Source: Veleropilina oligotropha | Taxonomy: Eukaryota | Assembly (NCBI GenBank): GCA_048128005.1 | Contig: JBEUKZ010000013.1 | Location: forward strand, 124,001 to 188,000 | DNA length: 64,000 nt | Direction: 5' to 3' | Shown: positions 14,700 to 26,103 of the stretch, piece after piece | How the letters are laid out: each line of letters starts with the position of its first letter | How positions within the stretch are numbered: the stretch's first letter is position 1 | Notes under the pieces: generated by a model | Database searches by the model: none | What the model was told of the DNA's origin: nothing | Seen by the model: the letters and a program-made list of their open reading frames with translations, nothing else | Position numbers and translations under genes: made by a program

Positions 14700-14845
14700 T
14701 TCAAATTATGAATCACAGTTGTCCGTAACTGGTCGGAGATGGCGGGTTTCCCCGGGAGACTGGGCTTTCCTCCCGCGATAATATGGACATGTCCTAGCTG
14801 CTTTGAACCGAATGATGGTTGGAAATATACAGGACATTAAACATC
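14700..14845 (-). repeat. Dispersed repeat; inverted copy of about 4185-4325
   Basis: Shared GGACATGTCCATATTATCGCGGGA...ACAACTGTGA.TCATAA. Confidence 0.7.
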
Positions 14846-16498
14846 GATCCTCTCCTTTCCTTTTCCTTGTAAATGTAAGTATACATGGTTTCTCAAATAT
14901 GTTGTACTGGCAATGATTTCCAATCGCCATGGAACAGATTTAGGTAAGAAAGTTCTATTATATATATGATTATGTTTATGAATTTGGGACACATATTGTC
15001 ACTATTTATATAGCGGAGTATTAGGACGCTTGGCCAATATTAGGTGGTATAAATTAATTATGCAGGTGCGAAGGACATTGTTTATTAACTATTTTCTATA
15101 ATTTATCGTCTTGTTTTGAGGTATTGAAAGGCGAATAATAGTACTGTTTACGGAGAGCTATATAGAGCTAAATCGTGGTTGGTCAGTTTTTAGGTTACTT
15201 GATTATGTCTTCTTCCTTGAAATTGCCGTTGTCGACGACAGCTGATCTATATTCAAGGCGATGAAGTTTATTAGTTAAACAAACAAGTTTCCTATTTACT
15301 TTATATTTGAATGTATTTGCACATTATTACCCTCGCCTCCGGGGGAGAGGCGAGGGTAGTGCAATCGGTTCCGTATGTATGTACATTCGCATAACTCGTA
15401 AACTATTCATAAGATTGATTTGAAGATGGTCTAGATTGACATCCGAGTTCAGATTTTATGACGCAATATCCGGTTTACGGATGTTCGGCTGTAGCGTTAA
15501 AACGCTTCGTCGTACAAACTTCAAATTAGGCTCAAAATGTTCTTTAGATTACGGGACTATGGCATGACGAATTATATAGGATCTACGGCACCCAAGATGG
15601 CCGTCAGTGGGATTGTAAACTTAAAAAAATGGAGGTCAAATCGAATTAAATTGTGTAAATTCGTCGTGTAAATCGTAGTACTGATGAAATTTTATTGACA
15701 TCAGCAAAAATATTTCGAAAATAATGTGAAATGTGAACTTTATAAGCATTTTAGAAATCAACCAAATCAAAATGTGCAACAACGGGCCGTAAATCGGTAA
15801 CCACCGACTCCAGACACCTTAAATTTTAACAAGTGACAGAGTGATATATTATCTACAACTCTTCTCGATATACTTTGTGTGTTCGAGATAATTTATAGCA
15901 ATAATTTTTGTTCCGAAATTAAAGTTGTCGAGACGTTGCGATGTTTGTGATTGCTCTTTAAATAGTTCTAACGCCGTGATATAATTTACACCATAAAGCA
16001 TGGTTCCCGTAATCTACCTTTCTGTAAATTTTAGGTATATCGCTTCAGTAACTATTGAGTTATTGCGAGTTAAGTATTGTCAGCTTCGGCAAATTTACAA
16101 TAAAAAAATCGGACACCAAGTATATTATAGCCTACAATCGCAGCTATATTTAGACAAGTACGAATAGCGCAAACGGTTAAAGCGTCGTCGATTAATTATT
16201 ATTATTATTATTATACAATATTTATATAGCGCTAAATCCATAATTAGCTCTAAAGCGCATTACATAAAACAAATTCAATACATATAATAAAAGATCACAT
16301 TTGATGAAAGGTACATATAAATAAATAAAAAGCAATGTTCTACCATAATGTAGTAAAAATAATAAAACCATAAAACCATAAATGATATAGAATAGTCCTG
16401 ACGTGGAGATGCATGCTGAATATAAAAATGTATGTATAAAATACCAAAATGTACGGTGGCTTATATATGACATCTTTATTTCTGCTACTTTTCATACT

Positions 16499-16936
16499 TA
16501 TTTCTATTATCATCTTTATTTCTATTATCATCTTTATTTCTATTATCATCTTTATTTCTATTATCGTCTTTATTTCTATTATCATCTTTATTTATATTAT
16601 CGTCTTTATTTCTATTATCATCTTTATTTCTATTATCATCTTTATTTATATTATCGTCTTTATTTCTATTATCATCTTTATTTCTATTATCATCTTTATT
16701 TCTATTATCATCTTTATTTCTATTATCGTCTTTATTTCTATTATCATCTTTATTTCTATTATCGTCTTTATTTATATTATCATCTTTATTTATATTATCA
16801 TCTTTATTTCTATTATCATCTTTATTTCTATTATCATCTTTATTTCTATTATCGTCTTTATTTATATTATCATCTTTATTTCTATTATCGTCTTTATTTA
16901 TATTATCGTCTTTATTTCTATTATCATCTTTATTTC
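16499..16936. repeat. 18-bp minisatellite (TATTTCTATTATCATCTT), about 24 copies
   Basis: Read directly; two recurrent variant positions. Confidence 0.95.
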
Positions 16937-17651
16937 TGTTTTTACTTTTCATACTTATCCTAGCATGACCCGTGTCATGCGTCACGTGATTCTGGCACAA
17001 AACGATAACGAAACCAGAAACTGGAAAACGGTACATATGCGGTAGGTAAGTCGACTTGGTGATAATAAATGCCATATGGACATAATATTACAATAGGTAA
17101 TATCTACATTTATATATGGAATATGGTAGATTGGGTAGCGAACTTGTGTCGTGCGCGGGTGCGGTTGTCGGACAATTTACTTGTACCGTTAGTATAATAT
17201 TAGAAGTGACGTTAAACTTCGCACATGCGTTTACAACAAAACTGGGTCGCCGGTAGAATGCATTATCATTCATTATGACGTTCTGCATGTAGGCCTATTC
17301 TGCAAAAAATTAAAAATTCTACGTTTCGGTTTTCCTGATATTCACGTTTGTTCATCTGTTTGTTGGCAATTTTTCAGATTTCAGTCAATATCTCAAAAAC
17401 TGTCTGATAACTTTTATTATAATTTGGTTTGAGAATTCCATATGATGTTTTGAATTTACTGTGTGAAAATTAAAAAAATTCTACTTCTCGGTTATCCCGA
17501 TATTTACGTTTGTTCGTCTGGGTTTTTTGCATTTTTTCCGATTTCAATCAGTTTCCCAGAAACTGTCTGATAGTGATAACTTTTTTTGTCCCCGCCGACA
17601 TAGTGTTCACGTCCGTCCGTCCCGGATTTTCTCACATCTTTTTTTTTAATT

Positions 17652-18097
17652 TACTGTATTCCTCGTATATAGGCGCATGCGCTTCTAAATGAAGGTGTGC
17701 CAGGCTTCAATTATAAGCGCAGGTGCCTTTAAATGGGCCAGTTTTAATATTTTTGATTCAAGGAAGATGGACTCTTATAAGCAGCCGCATGCGCCTATAT
17801 GTGAGGTTACATTTTTTCAAACGACAATCATATTTTCGACTGATCAGAAATTACTACCGGACCATGCCCGGACAGCACCACTCGATGAATCAAGATATTG
17901 TAAATGTGTGACGTTTATACACGCGACATAGATTATTTTGAAAGGTGCGTGGGATTCACTTGTATAAGGCATGCGCCAAGCTTCATTTAGAGGCGCATGC
18001 GCCTATAAATGGGGCAAGTTTAATATTTTAATTTCACCCAAAAGGCGGTGTTTCATTTATAAGCGCATGCGCCTATATATATACGCGGGAATACGTA
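17652..18097. mobile_element. MITE with TIRs and internal GCGCATGCGC repeats
   Basis: TATTCCTCGTATATAGGCGCATGCGCT at left mirrors AGCGCATGCGCCTATATATATACGCGGGAATA at right. Confidence 0.6.
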
Positions 18098-20012
18098 GAG
18101 AAATGCTAGCTTTACAAAACTTTACAGATCAACTAATCACATCATGAGGTAGATCAAGTTCGAATATGGGGAATTTTTTGGGTAAATTTATTGATTTTGA
18201 ACATAGCTAGTGTCTCCACACATGGATTTGGTCAATTGTAGCTTCGTCATATGTTATATCAAATTCATATTATTTGAATGTTATAATAAAAAATTAATGT
18301 TTCTAACTGTGACTTTGAACTTATATAGTCTCTGTAAGGTAATATTTGGTCAATAGTGAATCACATTGATTAACACTAGAGGCTGGGGACAATCGCCACT
18401 TGTGGCAATCACTTGTTCAACGTGTTGTTAATGTATTGACAACCATTCAGTAATTATTACTGACCAATACAGCCACACCTTGTTCAGTTAACATCACAGT
18501 TGTCCATAATATGGGTTATCCCGGAGTCCTGCGATAATATGGACGCGCGTCTCAATGTAACCATGGAATATGTTACAATGAGTCAATAAACAAACAATAC
18601 CAATACTATTACAGGTTGCATGTATCTCTAACTTTTTTCAGATCCCAGTTATATCGAGAACCGTACAAGGACATATCGAGCTACCAATGCCATGACTCAG
18701 CCCATAAGCCTAACGCATTTGATTACTCTGGATGAGGTATGACTATTATTAATTATATATTATCAGTCTTTGACCACCCTGACAGTGCACTGACGACAAG
18801 TGCCATAGACTCATTTTCACAAGTGTCAAAGTTCTACACAATATGACATATAAGTTGGCAGTGATCGAAATATCGCCGTCTACCGTCATCGACAGGTCGA
18901 TGTTTCTGGAGATAGGCAAACATTAAATGTGCCTGTCGCCGGCGACAGGTGGAGCAAATTATGCCAATATTCAAATGTATTATGATGAATTATTAGTATG
19001 TCATGGAAATTTGGCATTCATAATCGTATAGTTGCATCATTTCTATTGATATCATATAATTCAGATAATAATAAATAATAATAATATCATAGAATTGCCT
19101 ATATTGTTAATGCAGCTCTCAAGTTACATTACAAAGTTAACAATAGAAATGCCAATGCAGCCGAACGTCGTGAAGACGTATGTTGTCCGTTTCTGTAATG
19201 CATTGGCCTTGCTTGTTTCGTTTAGGTCGCAAATGTACGTAACCGATTCCGAAGGATTTTATTTCATACATATTAAAGACATAAGCCCGCCGCAGACGTG
19301 AGCAATAGGTCACAGTCACTCGTATCTCTTCTCAGCAGATTCCTCAAGAGTCTGACTTGTTTCACTGCAGACGTGAGCTACCTGCTGAGCAAATTAAAAC
19401 GTGGTCATTAAAATAACTGACGGGACCAAGGACACGGAATATATATACTCTTCTATTTGTTTTACTCTCAATGCCATGGCGTCGTTGTCAGAGCCTGAGA
19501 GGGTTGCATGTCAAACGACATCAGGCCTTTCGATATAAGGCGCCCGATCGCTCGGGCGCGCCATCGCTCGCCTCGATGTAATTTTAGGTGAGTGATTATC
19601 GCGCGCCTTGAGCATTTTAGGTGCGCGATAGCGATTTTCTTAAATTGCCGTTTAACGGCGGTTAATAGCATGAACTCACCCATCGCAGGTGTGTCTTTTC
19701 TGATAAAGTACGTGAAAATATCTTAAGTGTTTTCATAAATTACGTCTATTTTCCTGTTTAATGTTGTAATGTGTAGGCCTAAACGTCGCTATCAAGTATC
19801 GCCCGTTCCACTTTCTGACCGTTGCGATGACAACACCTAGCTGCTTATTACTGCGCATTGTTTTAGAGCAGCGCCACTAGACGCTCTTCCTCCCAATAGC
19901 AGCCGCGCTTGACATGTAAAGCGTTACCGCGTGCTCTCGTTTAATTGTACTCGCGTTAGTGTGCGTAATGTTGAAAGAGGCCAAAGGGAACTTTGTTCAC
20001 TGCAGTACTTTC

Positions 20013-20175
20013 AGCAGCAGGGGGGGTGACCATACCTTTTATCTGGGGGCGCGGCGAGGGAAATTAAGGCTCCCAGCACTTTTTCAGAATTAATATGGAT
20101 CTCAACTCAGCAGCAGGGGGGGCCAGTAGACTTTTTAGAATGGGAAAATACAGCGCCCAGCACTATTTCAGAACT
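20013..20175 (+). repeat. Left TIR of outer element
   Basis: Reverse complement of 52718-52880 apart from a few mismatches. Confidence 0.95.
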
Positions 20176-20352
20176 CAGGGTAGCTCGGACTAGTCAGCAG
20201 GGGAGTTTAGACTAGGGCCCCGGGGCGACCGGGAAGGCTCCCAGCTATATTTCAGACCCCCGGGGTATAGATTGTATTACAAAAAAGTTACCGTGTGTAC
20301 AGCGACATAGAGCCCCCAGGGACGGCCCACTACCCTCGCCGGCCCGGGCTCC

Positions 20353-20553
20353 TCAGTTATGCGAGCAGTAGCAGGGGGGGTGAGTTTGATTTCGTGCAAC
20401 TCCCTTTCTACCGTCTTTGGTCTTCTTCTTATATATCGCTTGTTCACCATTGTCGAGTACAACGATCAAAACGTTATAGCCCCGGTTTAAGAGGTTTTTA
20501 ACGCGCCTGAAGCTCCGTTCGCTGTACAGCGTAATAATGTCTTCCTGTGGCAT
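20353..20553 (-). CDS. Small basic protein (about 66 aa, MPQEDI...)
   Basis: Core conserved in the inner copy (44958-45146) while the flanks diverge. Confidence 0.55.
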   Translation of the reverse strand: MPQEDIITLYSERSFRRVKNLLNRGYNVLIVVLDNGEQAIYKKKTKDGRKGVARNQTHPPCYCSHN

Positions 20554-20661
20554 GTTGCTTTCAAGTATAACTACACAACGTCTAACATGCCGGTTATTTC
20601 TCACCGTGCACCGGGCTCGATATCTTAGTGTCATAATATCTATTAGAGACTGGTATATACA

Positions 20662-20955
20662 ATGATAACCGCTATCAATATGTGGGGAACGGACACCTGT
20701 CAATGGCTCACCATCAGCTCCACGGAGCTATGTGGTAAGAGATGTCTGAACACGTATTGCAAAGTCCATCTGGCTCGGCAACGGCGAAATGGCCGGGGCA
20801 CAAAACCCTGCAGCAAATGCGGGAGGGGCGTTTTCAACCGGCTTACGTTGTGTAAGGGCTGTGGGTATAAGAGTGAGAACGGTATGGACTGGCAACGAAA
20901 GAAAAGGGCCTTCGAGAGAGAGTTTCTCCGCATGGCTGCAATTTACCACGCGTAA
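20662..20955 (+). CDS. Small Cys/His-rich zinc-binding protein
   Basis: C-x10-C-x3-C-x4-C-x2-H plus two CxxC; cysteines preserved in the diverged inner copy (44534-44809). Confidence 0.7.
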   Translation: MITAINMWGTDTCQWLTISSTELCGKRCLNTYCKVHLARQRRNGRGTKPCSKCGRGVFNRLTLCKGCGYKSENGMDWQRKKRAFEREFLRMAAIYHA

Positions 20956-21003
20956 ATTTCATATTAGAGAAGTAAAGATCCTAGTGTGTACCCCCCCAGC
21001 AAC

Positions 21004-24000
21004 ATGGATGACCTGCGCAATCTAGCGAAAGATTATGGGATTCCCGCTCGGTCGAAGCTCAAGAAGAACGACCTCATCCGGGCAATCGCCAGGGTCCGTG
21101 CTGCGGAGTTTCGGAGCAGACTCGAGCGGGCGATGAAAACGGGAAGGTTCCCCTCCATACGTGGAGATGTGGAGAACCCCCACAAAAGAGGCCGACGTGC
21201 TCGCGAGTTGCGGCAGATTAAGGACGAGGTCGACGCCGCCCTGCAGGCTCGTAAATATACCTCGAGGGCTGAGAAAAAGCCCGAGATACGACAGAAGCCA
21301 CTTCGTAACATCGCGGATCGAATCGTCAAGCCACACCTGCACGGTCTGACTAGGTCTCGGAAAGAGACCCTTGCCCATGCTATTGCTCGGAAGGGGCCCG
21401 ATCTTCTCATCTCCAAAATGCCCCGGACAGCCCAGGACTACCAGAAGGATCTTCTAGGGCAATTTACCACACCCGAGGGACAACGATTCATCGACCTGGA
21501 TGACCAGGTCCCTCCCCCAGTAAGGCTCCCAGCAAAAGAGCCATGGGTGGAACTCTTGAGCGACGCCAAAGACGAGTTTGAGGTCGATGGCGCCGCGGCG
21601 GCTTTCTCCACATGGAGGGTAGAAGTGGCTGGACGGCTGGCCCTGGATGCCCGTATGACAGATGCAAGGGCGGCACAGCTCCTCACAGCCCTTCCAAAGG
21701 GCGAGTATGTCCTTAGAATAAAGTTCTTGCGTGAGTGGGGTGAAGGTGACTGGGTGGTCGAAGACAAGTTTGACCCGGTGAAAGCTGCGAGGAAGAAGGG
21801 CCAGGGTGTCTTTGAGATCTCTCAGGACACTAAGCCGGGTGCTATCACTGGGGTCGACAAGGTCTACTACGAGAATGCCTACCCGGTCACTGCAGTCGTC
21901 TACGGCGTCTATCCTCTCAGAGAACCAAACCCCGCCAACCTGGTTCCGATGAAGAACGGCGACCTCAACTGCGTTGCCCAACGAGTGGTTGAGCACTTCG
22001 AAGGTGCCCTTAGAGGACACGGACTCACCCCGACAAGGCGGCAGAAAATACTGGAGTGGGAAGAGCGAGTCCATGTAACAGGCGCCACTGTGGATGATAT
22101 AGCTACCCTCGAGAAGATCCTCAAACGGGCGATCACCTTGAGAGACATTGCAGGTGCCGACATCTACAACAGTGGGAAATACCAGGCCAGTATGTGGAAG
22201 TCCATAGAACTCATCTGTCACAACGGCCACGCCTGGTCGAAGGACCTACACTTCCCGCAAAGTAGAGAGGTCCACCTGTATGAGGGCGATGTCTGGGAAG
22301 CTATTCGACAAGCCACACAGAATGAGCCATTGGCTGTCTGGCTCCTAGGCGGTAAAGACCGACAGCTCGGCGTGGACCAGTTCGTGCTGCAAGATGGCCG
22401 CACTTACCGGACAAAAGAGGCTCACGAGAGACTCCAAGAAGCCTGTACAGCGCTGGGGAATGAGTCCCTAGCCGATCGAGCCTTTGGCGTGAACCATGCA
22501 GCTAGCATTATGGCTAAGGAGACCAACGGCTGGAAACCCACCCCAGCGGGCCTGCTCGATGACATCCAGAAGGCCTGTGTAGAGCATGGCCACGGCGGCC
22601 TGTGGAATTCCATGAATTACGACACGGGCGATGTCTGCTGCATCGATATGAAATCCTGCTACCCTGCAAGCTTTCTGGGGAAGGGCGAGGCTAAGCCGTA
22701 CTTCGAAAGATTCGGGCACCCAACCCACAGCATGACCCGGGTCGCAATTAACGGTCCTCTACCCCGAGAAATCGGTACCGGGTTTGCCGAGGTCGTGGAA
22801 TGGGAGTTCGCACAAGACATCCACCCCGTCATTGTAGCATGGTTCGGGAAGCACTTTGCAGAGAATGGATGGGCACCAACCCCGCTGCTCGCCTTCCTCA
22901 TAGACTCTGGACTGCTAAAAAGCCTCAAGATCCGAGAAGCCATCATCGCATTCAAAAAGCAGACCGATGTCTGGCTTCCTCCGGATCGTGACCAGGGCTG
23001 CAGTATCATCGGCAAATTCACCCAAGGCGCCAAAGCTGACGGAAAGCGATTGACTCGTAGACTGGTGACCGACCAGGGTGAGCTCGACTTCCTCGTAAGA
23101 GACACCCGCCAAAGCGGCACCCTGGTTGGCGCTCCTCAGAGATGCCCTATGGGGCACATCCTCACGTACTATGATGGCTCCCAGCCTCAGTACGCCCACC
23201 TGAGGGCGTCCATGTTGGCCTATGCCCACATAAACCTCTTGAGCATGCTTCAGCGTTTCAGTGCAGCAGAAGCCGTCCGAGTAGCCACTGACAGCATCTA
23301 CCTCAAGAAGGCCTCGTTGGAGAAGCTCGACGATGTCACGGTGTACGTTGCCCCCAGACTCTGCGGCTGTGGCGAGAAATCGTGCATCTCATGTCTGATC
23401 GCGGAGCCGTACCTTCCGCCAGTAGCACCAGCCCAGTGGCGTGACAAGGGCGAACAGCTGTATATGCCACAGGAACATGCCGCATACCTACCCAAGCCAG
23501 AGTATTGTTGTGCCGCCAATTCCAGCCAGCCGAGCACCGCGCCATGCTACAATGACACACTGACCCACCATCGCCTGAGTTACCTCAACGGTGGAGGGGG
23601 CTGTGGCAAGACTACGAGAGCGATCGAGCTCTTTCGGGCAAGGAATCCCGTCGTGTTCACACCAACCCACCGCCTCGCTAAAGAGATGCGGACCAGAGGC
23701 GTCAAAGCCCAGACCTACCACAGCTTCTTCCGATGGAGCGGCCAGAATGACTGGACGCCTGACCGCATGGGTCAGAAGTTCATCCCGCGCGTCATTATCT
23801 GGGACGAGGTCTGTACTGTTCCCCGGGCTATTCTAGAGATGTTCTTGGACTGGCTGGGCCGCCACGAAGTGCAGGTTATCTGCTGTGGTGATCAAGGCCA
23901 GCCACCACCGATTACGGGCGAGATGCCGCACGATTGGCTGCGAAAGACCGCGGACTACTATGAAGAGATCGAAGTAGACTACAGGGCGAAAGACGACCCT

Positions 24001-24861
24001 GCCCTCCAAGCCCTGAAAAGACGTATCCGTCTCCAGCCCGACAAAGTCCAGTGCGACGAGATGCGACGGACCCTCCCCAGCTGCCTCGGATGGGACCGGT
24101 TCGTCAACACCTGGAAGCCAGGCGACCTAATCCTCACAAGCCGTCAGAAGGTCCGCGAACGAGCTCAAGAGCTGTTGCTCTTGAGGCACAAGGAGCACTT
24201 CCCAGACTCCTATGTCCCGATCCTGTACCACCCCAGGGACAGCAGAAAACAGAACATCATGGTAACCATTCCGGGCACCAGCGACAGAGAGGAGCTAGTT
24301 CTGAACGACGTCGTCGAGGTCACCATTGAGGCCGCTGAGCGGGCTATCCTGACCCCGGATTGGCGCCTGGGCTATGCTCTCACCATCCATTCGAGCCAGG
24401 GTCTTACGATTCACGACCCACAGAAAGTCTGGATCATCGACGACTACCTTCAGTGGAGTAATCTCGCCTACCTAGCCGTGTCCCGGGTGGAGCTGCTGCG
24501 TCAGCTCGAACGGGTAACCTGTCCTCCGGATGAGGGTGCTGAGGACAGGCCCCCGCCCCAAACCGAGCAACAGCTCCGAAAGACCATCCAGAAAAAGCTT
24601 GTGGCGTACAAACGCCAGGACCAGGCAACGGGACTCCCGGGGTTTAACCTCAAGGTCGACGACATCCTGCGGCTCAGAGAGGCCCAAAACAACCGCTGCG
24701 CGGCATGCAACATAGAGCTGCTCTGGGCCTACCAGCCCAAAGACACACAGCAGTTCAGTGTCGACCGTGTGGACAACAGCAGGGGCCACACCCGCGACAA
24801 CGTGCGCTTAACGTGTCTGGAATGTAACCGGAAACGAGGATTTGCGGTTGTTAACGCCTGA
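21004..24861 (+). CDS. Replicase polyprotein: helical N-terminus, OTU-like protease, divergent family-B DNA polymerase, SF1B helicase, HNH-like domain
   Basis: NGDLNC...LICHNGH; IDMKSCYP, SIIGKF, VATDSIY; GGGGCGKT, IIWDE, GDQGQPPP, YALTIHSSQG, YLAVSRV; CAAC..SVDRVDNSRGHTRDNVRLTCLECN; ATG at 21004. Confidence 0.9.
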   Translation: MDDLRNLAKDYGIPARSKLKKNDLIRAIARVRAAEFRSRLERAMKTGRFPSIRGDVENPHKRGRRARELRQIKDEVDAALQARKYTSRAEKKPEIRQKPLRNIADRIVKPHLHGLTRSRKETLAHAIARKGPDLLISKMPRTAQDYQKDLLGQFTTPEGQRFIDLDDQVPPPVRLPAKEPWVELLSDAKDEFEVDGAAAAFSTWRVEVAGRLALDARMTDARAAQLLTALPKGEYVLRIKFLREWGEGDWVVEDKFDPVKAARKKGQGVFEISQDTKPGAITGVDKVYYENAYPVTAVVYGVYPLREPNPANLVPMKNGDLNCVAQRVVEHFEGALRGHGLTPTRRQKILEWEERVHVTGATVDDIATLEKILKRAITLRDIAGADIYNSGKYQASMWKSIELICHNGHAWSKDLHFPQSREVHLYEGDVWEAIRQATQNEPLAVWLLGGKDRQLGVDQFVLQDGRTYRTKEAHERLQEACTALGNESLADRAFGVNHAASIMAKETNGWKPTPAGLLDDIQKACVEHGHGGLWNSMNYDTGDVCCIDMKSCYPASFLGKGEAKPYFERFGHPTHSMTRVAINGPLPREIGTGFAEVVEWEFAQDIHPVIVAWFGKHFAENGWAPTPLLAFLIDSGLLKSLKIREAIIAFKKQTDVWLPPDRDQGCSIIGKFTQGAKADGKRLTRRLVTDQGELDFLVRDTRQSGTLVGAPQRCPMGHILTYYDGSQPQYAHLRASMLAYAHINLLSMLQRFSAAEAVRVATDSIYLKKASLEKLDDVTVYVAPRLCGCGEKSCISCLIAEPYLPPVAPAQWRDKGEQLYMPQEHAAYLPKPEYCCAANSSQPSTAPCYNDTLTHHRLSYLNGGGGCGKTTRAIELFRARNPVVFTPTHRLAKEMRTRGVKAQTYHSFFRWSGQNDWTPDRMGQKFIPRVIIWDEVCTVPRAILEMFLDWLGRHEVQVICCGDQGQPPPITGEMPHDWLRKTADYYEEIEVDYRAKDDPALQALKRRIRLQPDKVQCDEMRRTLPSCLGWDRFVNTWKPGDLILTSRQKVRERAQELLLLRHKEHFPDSYVPILYHPRDSRKQNIMVTIPGTSDREELVLNDVVEVTIEAAERAILTPDWRLGYALTIHSSQGLTIHDPQKVWIIDDYLQWSNLAYLAVSRVELLRQLERVTCPPDEGAEDRPPPQTEQQLRKTIQKKLVAYKRQDQATGLPGFNLKVDDILRLREAQNNRCAACNIELLWAYQPKDTQQFSVDRVDNSRGHTRDNVRLTCLECNRKRGFAVVNA

Positions 24862-25849
24862 GAACCGGCGGCAGCTGGGTGTCACGAGGCACCACGAGAA
24901 GTTCCTCTCGAACAAACCCACGCAGTGGTCCATCCAGCAAGTAGTAGAGCACAGGCTCGTCAGGCTTAGTGACGGAGCGTCCAAGCCTGTAAACTTTTAG
25001 AGACCACACCGGGTCAGTAGCACGGCGATGACCCCCCTCCAGCTCACCATCGTAGTAAAGGTAGCGAACATCTACGTCAGAGGGGAGTTTCTGTTCCTTC
25101 CCCTGTCGGCCTGGAACAGTGGCGCCTGGCTTTTGGGCAACGCGAGGTGCCTTGATGGCGTCCTTGGGCTTTTTACCGGTCAGCCTGGTCACTTCCCCAT
25201 TCAAGGCCGCAACTACAGCTGCTAACCGGGCGACCCACTCAGTTGACCTTTGACCCTCTTTCGCAGACTCTGCAAACCGCATCTCTGTTGCATACTGGTG
25301 CCCGAAGAGCCGCTCAGCGAGCGTCCGGTTGAAGCGCTCCACAATGCCCTGATCGCGATGGATATCCACACGGCCACGCCTAACCTCGACGTTATTCTTT
25401 GCCAGCAGCTGGGACACCGCGCCCATAAACTCCCGCCCTGGATCAACCTGAAGCAATTTCGGCCAGCTAAGAGGACTCCGCCTGTAGATTCGAGACAGAG
25501 CTTCAGCAACCCCTTTGGCCTCTTTTGTGGCCAGAGGCTCAGCCTCTTTAAAGCGACTGGCCACATCAACCACAGTCAAAGCGTACTTGTACGTTTTACG
25601 GCCGACCTTGTCATGGGGCAGAAACAGGAGATCGGCTTGGTGAACCTCGTTCGGCGTCGTAACGTCAAACCGTGGTCTTGGAATCCGCCGTGGCGCAGGT
25701 AAATAGATCTGCCATATAGCCTGCCTCTTAAGCCATGTCCGGGCCTCCACTTCAGACGCCTTGGCAGCCTCCGCTAGTTTCTTTATCGCGGCAATGCCTT
25801 TCCAGTAGCCCTTAGGGCTGTAGTACATCCTCGCAAGCTTACTATCCAT
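24851..25849 (-). CDS. Retroviral-type (rve, DDE) integrase, Polinton-like
   Basis: HQADLLFL, LTVVDVASRF, LQVDPGREF, GIVERFNRTL. Confidence 0.95.
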   Translation of the reverse strand: MDSKLARMYYSPKGYWKGIAAIKKLAEAAKASEVEARTWLKRQAIWQIYLPAPRRIPRPRFDVTTPNEVHQADLLFLPHDKVGRKTYKYALTVVDVASRFKEAEPLATKEAKGVAEALSRIYRRSPLSWPKLLQVDPGREFMGAVSQLLAKNNVEVRRGRVDIHRDQGIVERFNRTLAERLFGHQYATEMRFAESAKEGQRSTEWVARLAAVVAALNGEVTRLTGKKPKDAIKAPRVAQKPGATVPGRQGKEQKLPSDVDVRYLYYDGELEGGHRRATDPVWSLKVYRLGRSVTKPDEPVLYYLLDGPLRGFVREELLVVPRDTQLPPVLRR

Positions 25850-26063
25850 CAGCAATGTATTCCAGTAAACTGATCAGTCTCCAACAGGCTTCAGCTTCCG
25901 GAGCCGGTCGCTGCGCAGTGGTCGCCCGTAGGTTGGTCGGGCCCGAGAGCACCAGGACCGCGAACCGCACCATAGTCTTTTCGTCGCGGCGCCAGCAGTC
26001 GAGTAACGTAGTACTATAGCCGACCGCAAGCATAGCGCAGTACAGCTCTTCTGGGAGCCCCAT
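25842..26063 (-). CDS. Hypothetical 73-aa protein
   Basis: ATG-initiated ORF exactly filling the gap between neighbours, overlapping the integrase start; present in both copies. Confidence 0.5.
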   Translation of the reverse strand: MGLPEELYCAMLAVGYSTTLLDCWRRDEKTMVRFAVLVLSGPTNLRATTAQRPAPEAEACWRLISLLEYIADG

Positions 26064-26103
26064 TACTATACATGCCAACGAAAAAAATGTCCACTGGAAA
26101 TAA

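Noticed and set aside
16340..17075. ORFs of 81-198 aa with NKDDNR / YYHLYF / IIIFIS repeats
   Set aside because: Translations of a stop-poor 18-bp minisatellite
21022..24789. Numerous antisense and alternative-frame ORFs (e.g. 258 aa at 21454-22230)
   Set aside because: Shadows of the GC-rich replicase gene with no motifs; the same applies to shadows over MCP, integrase and other genes
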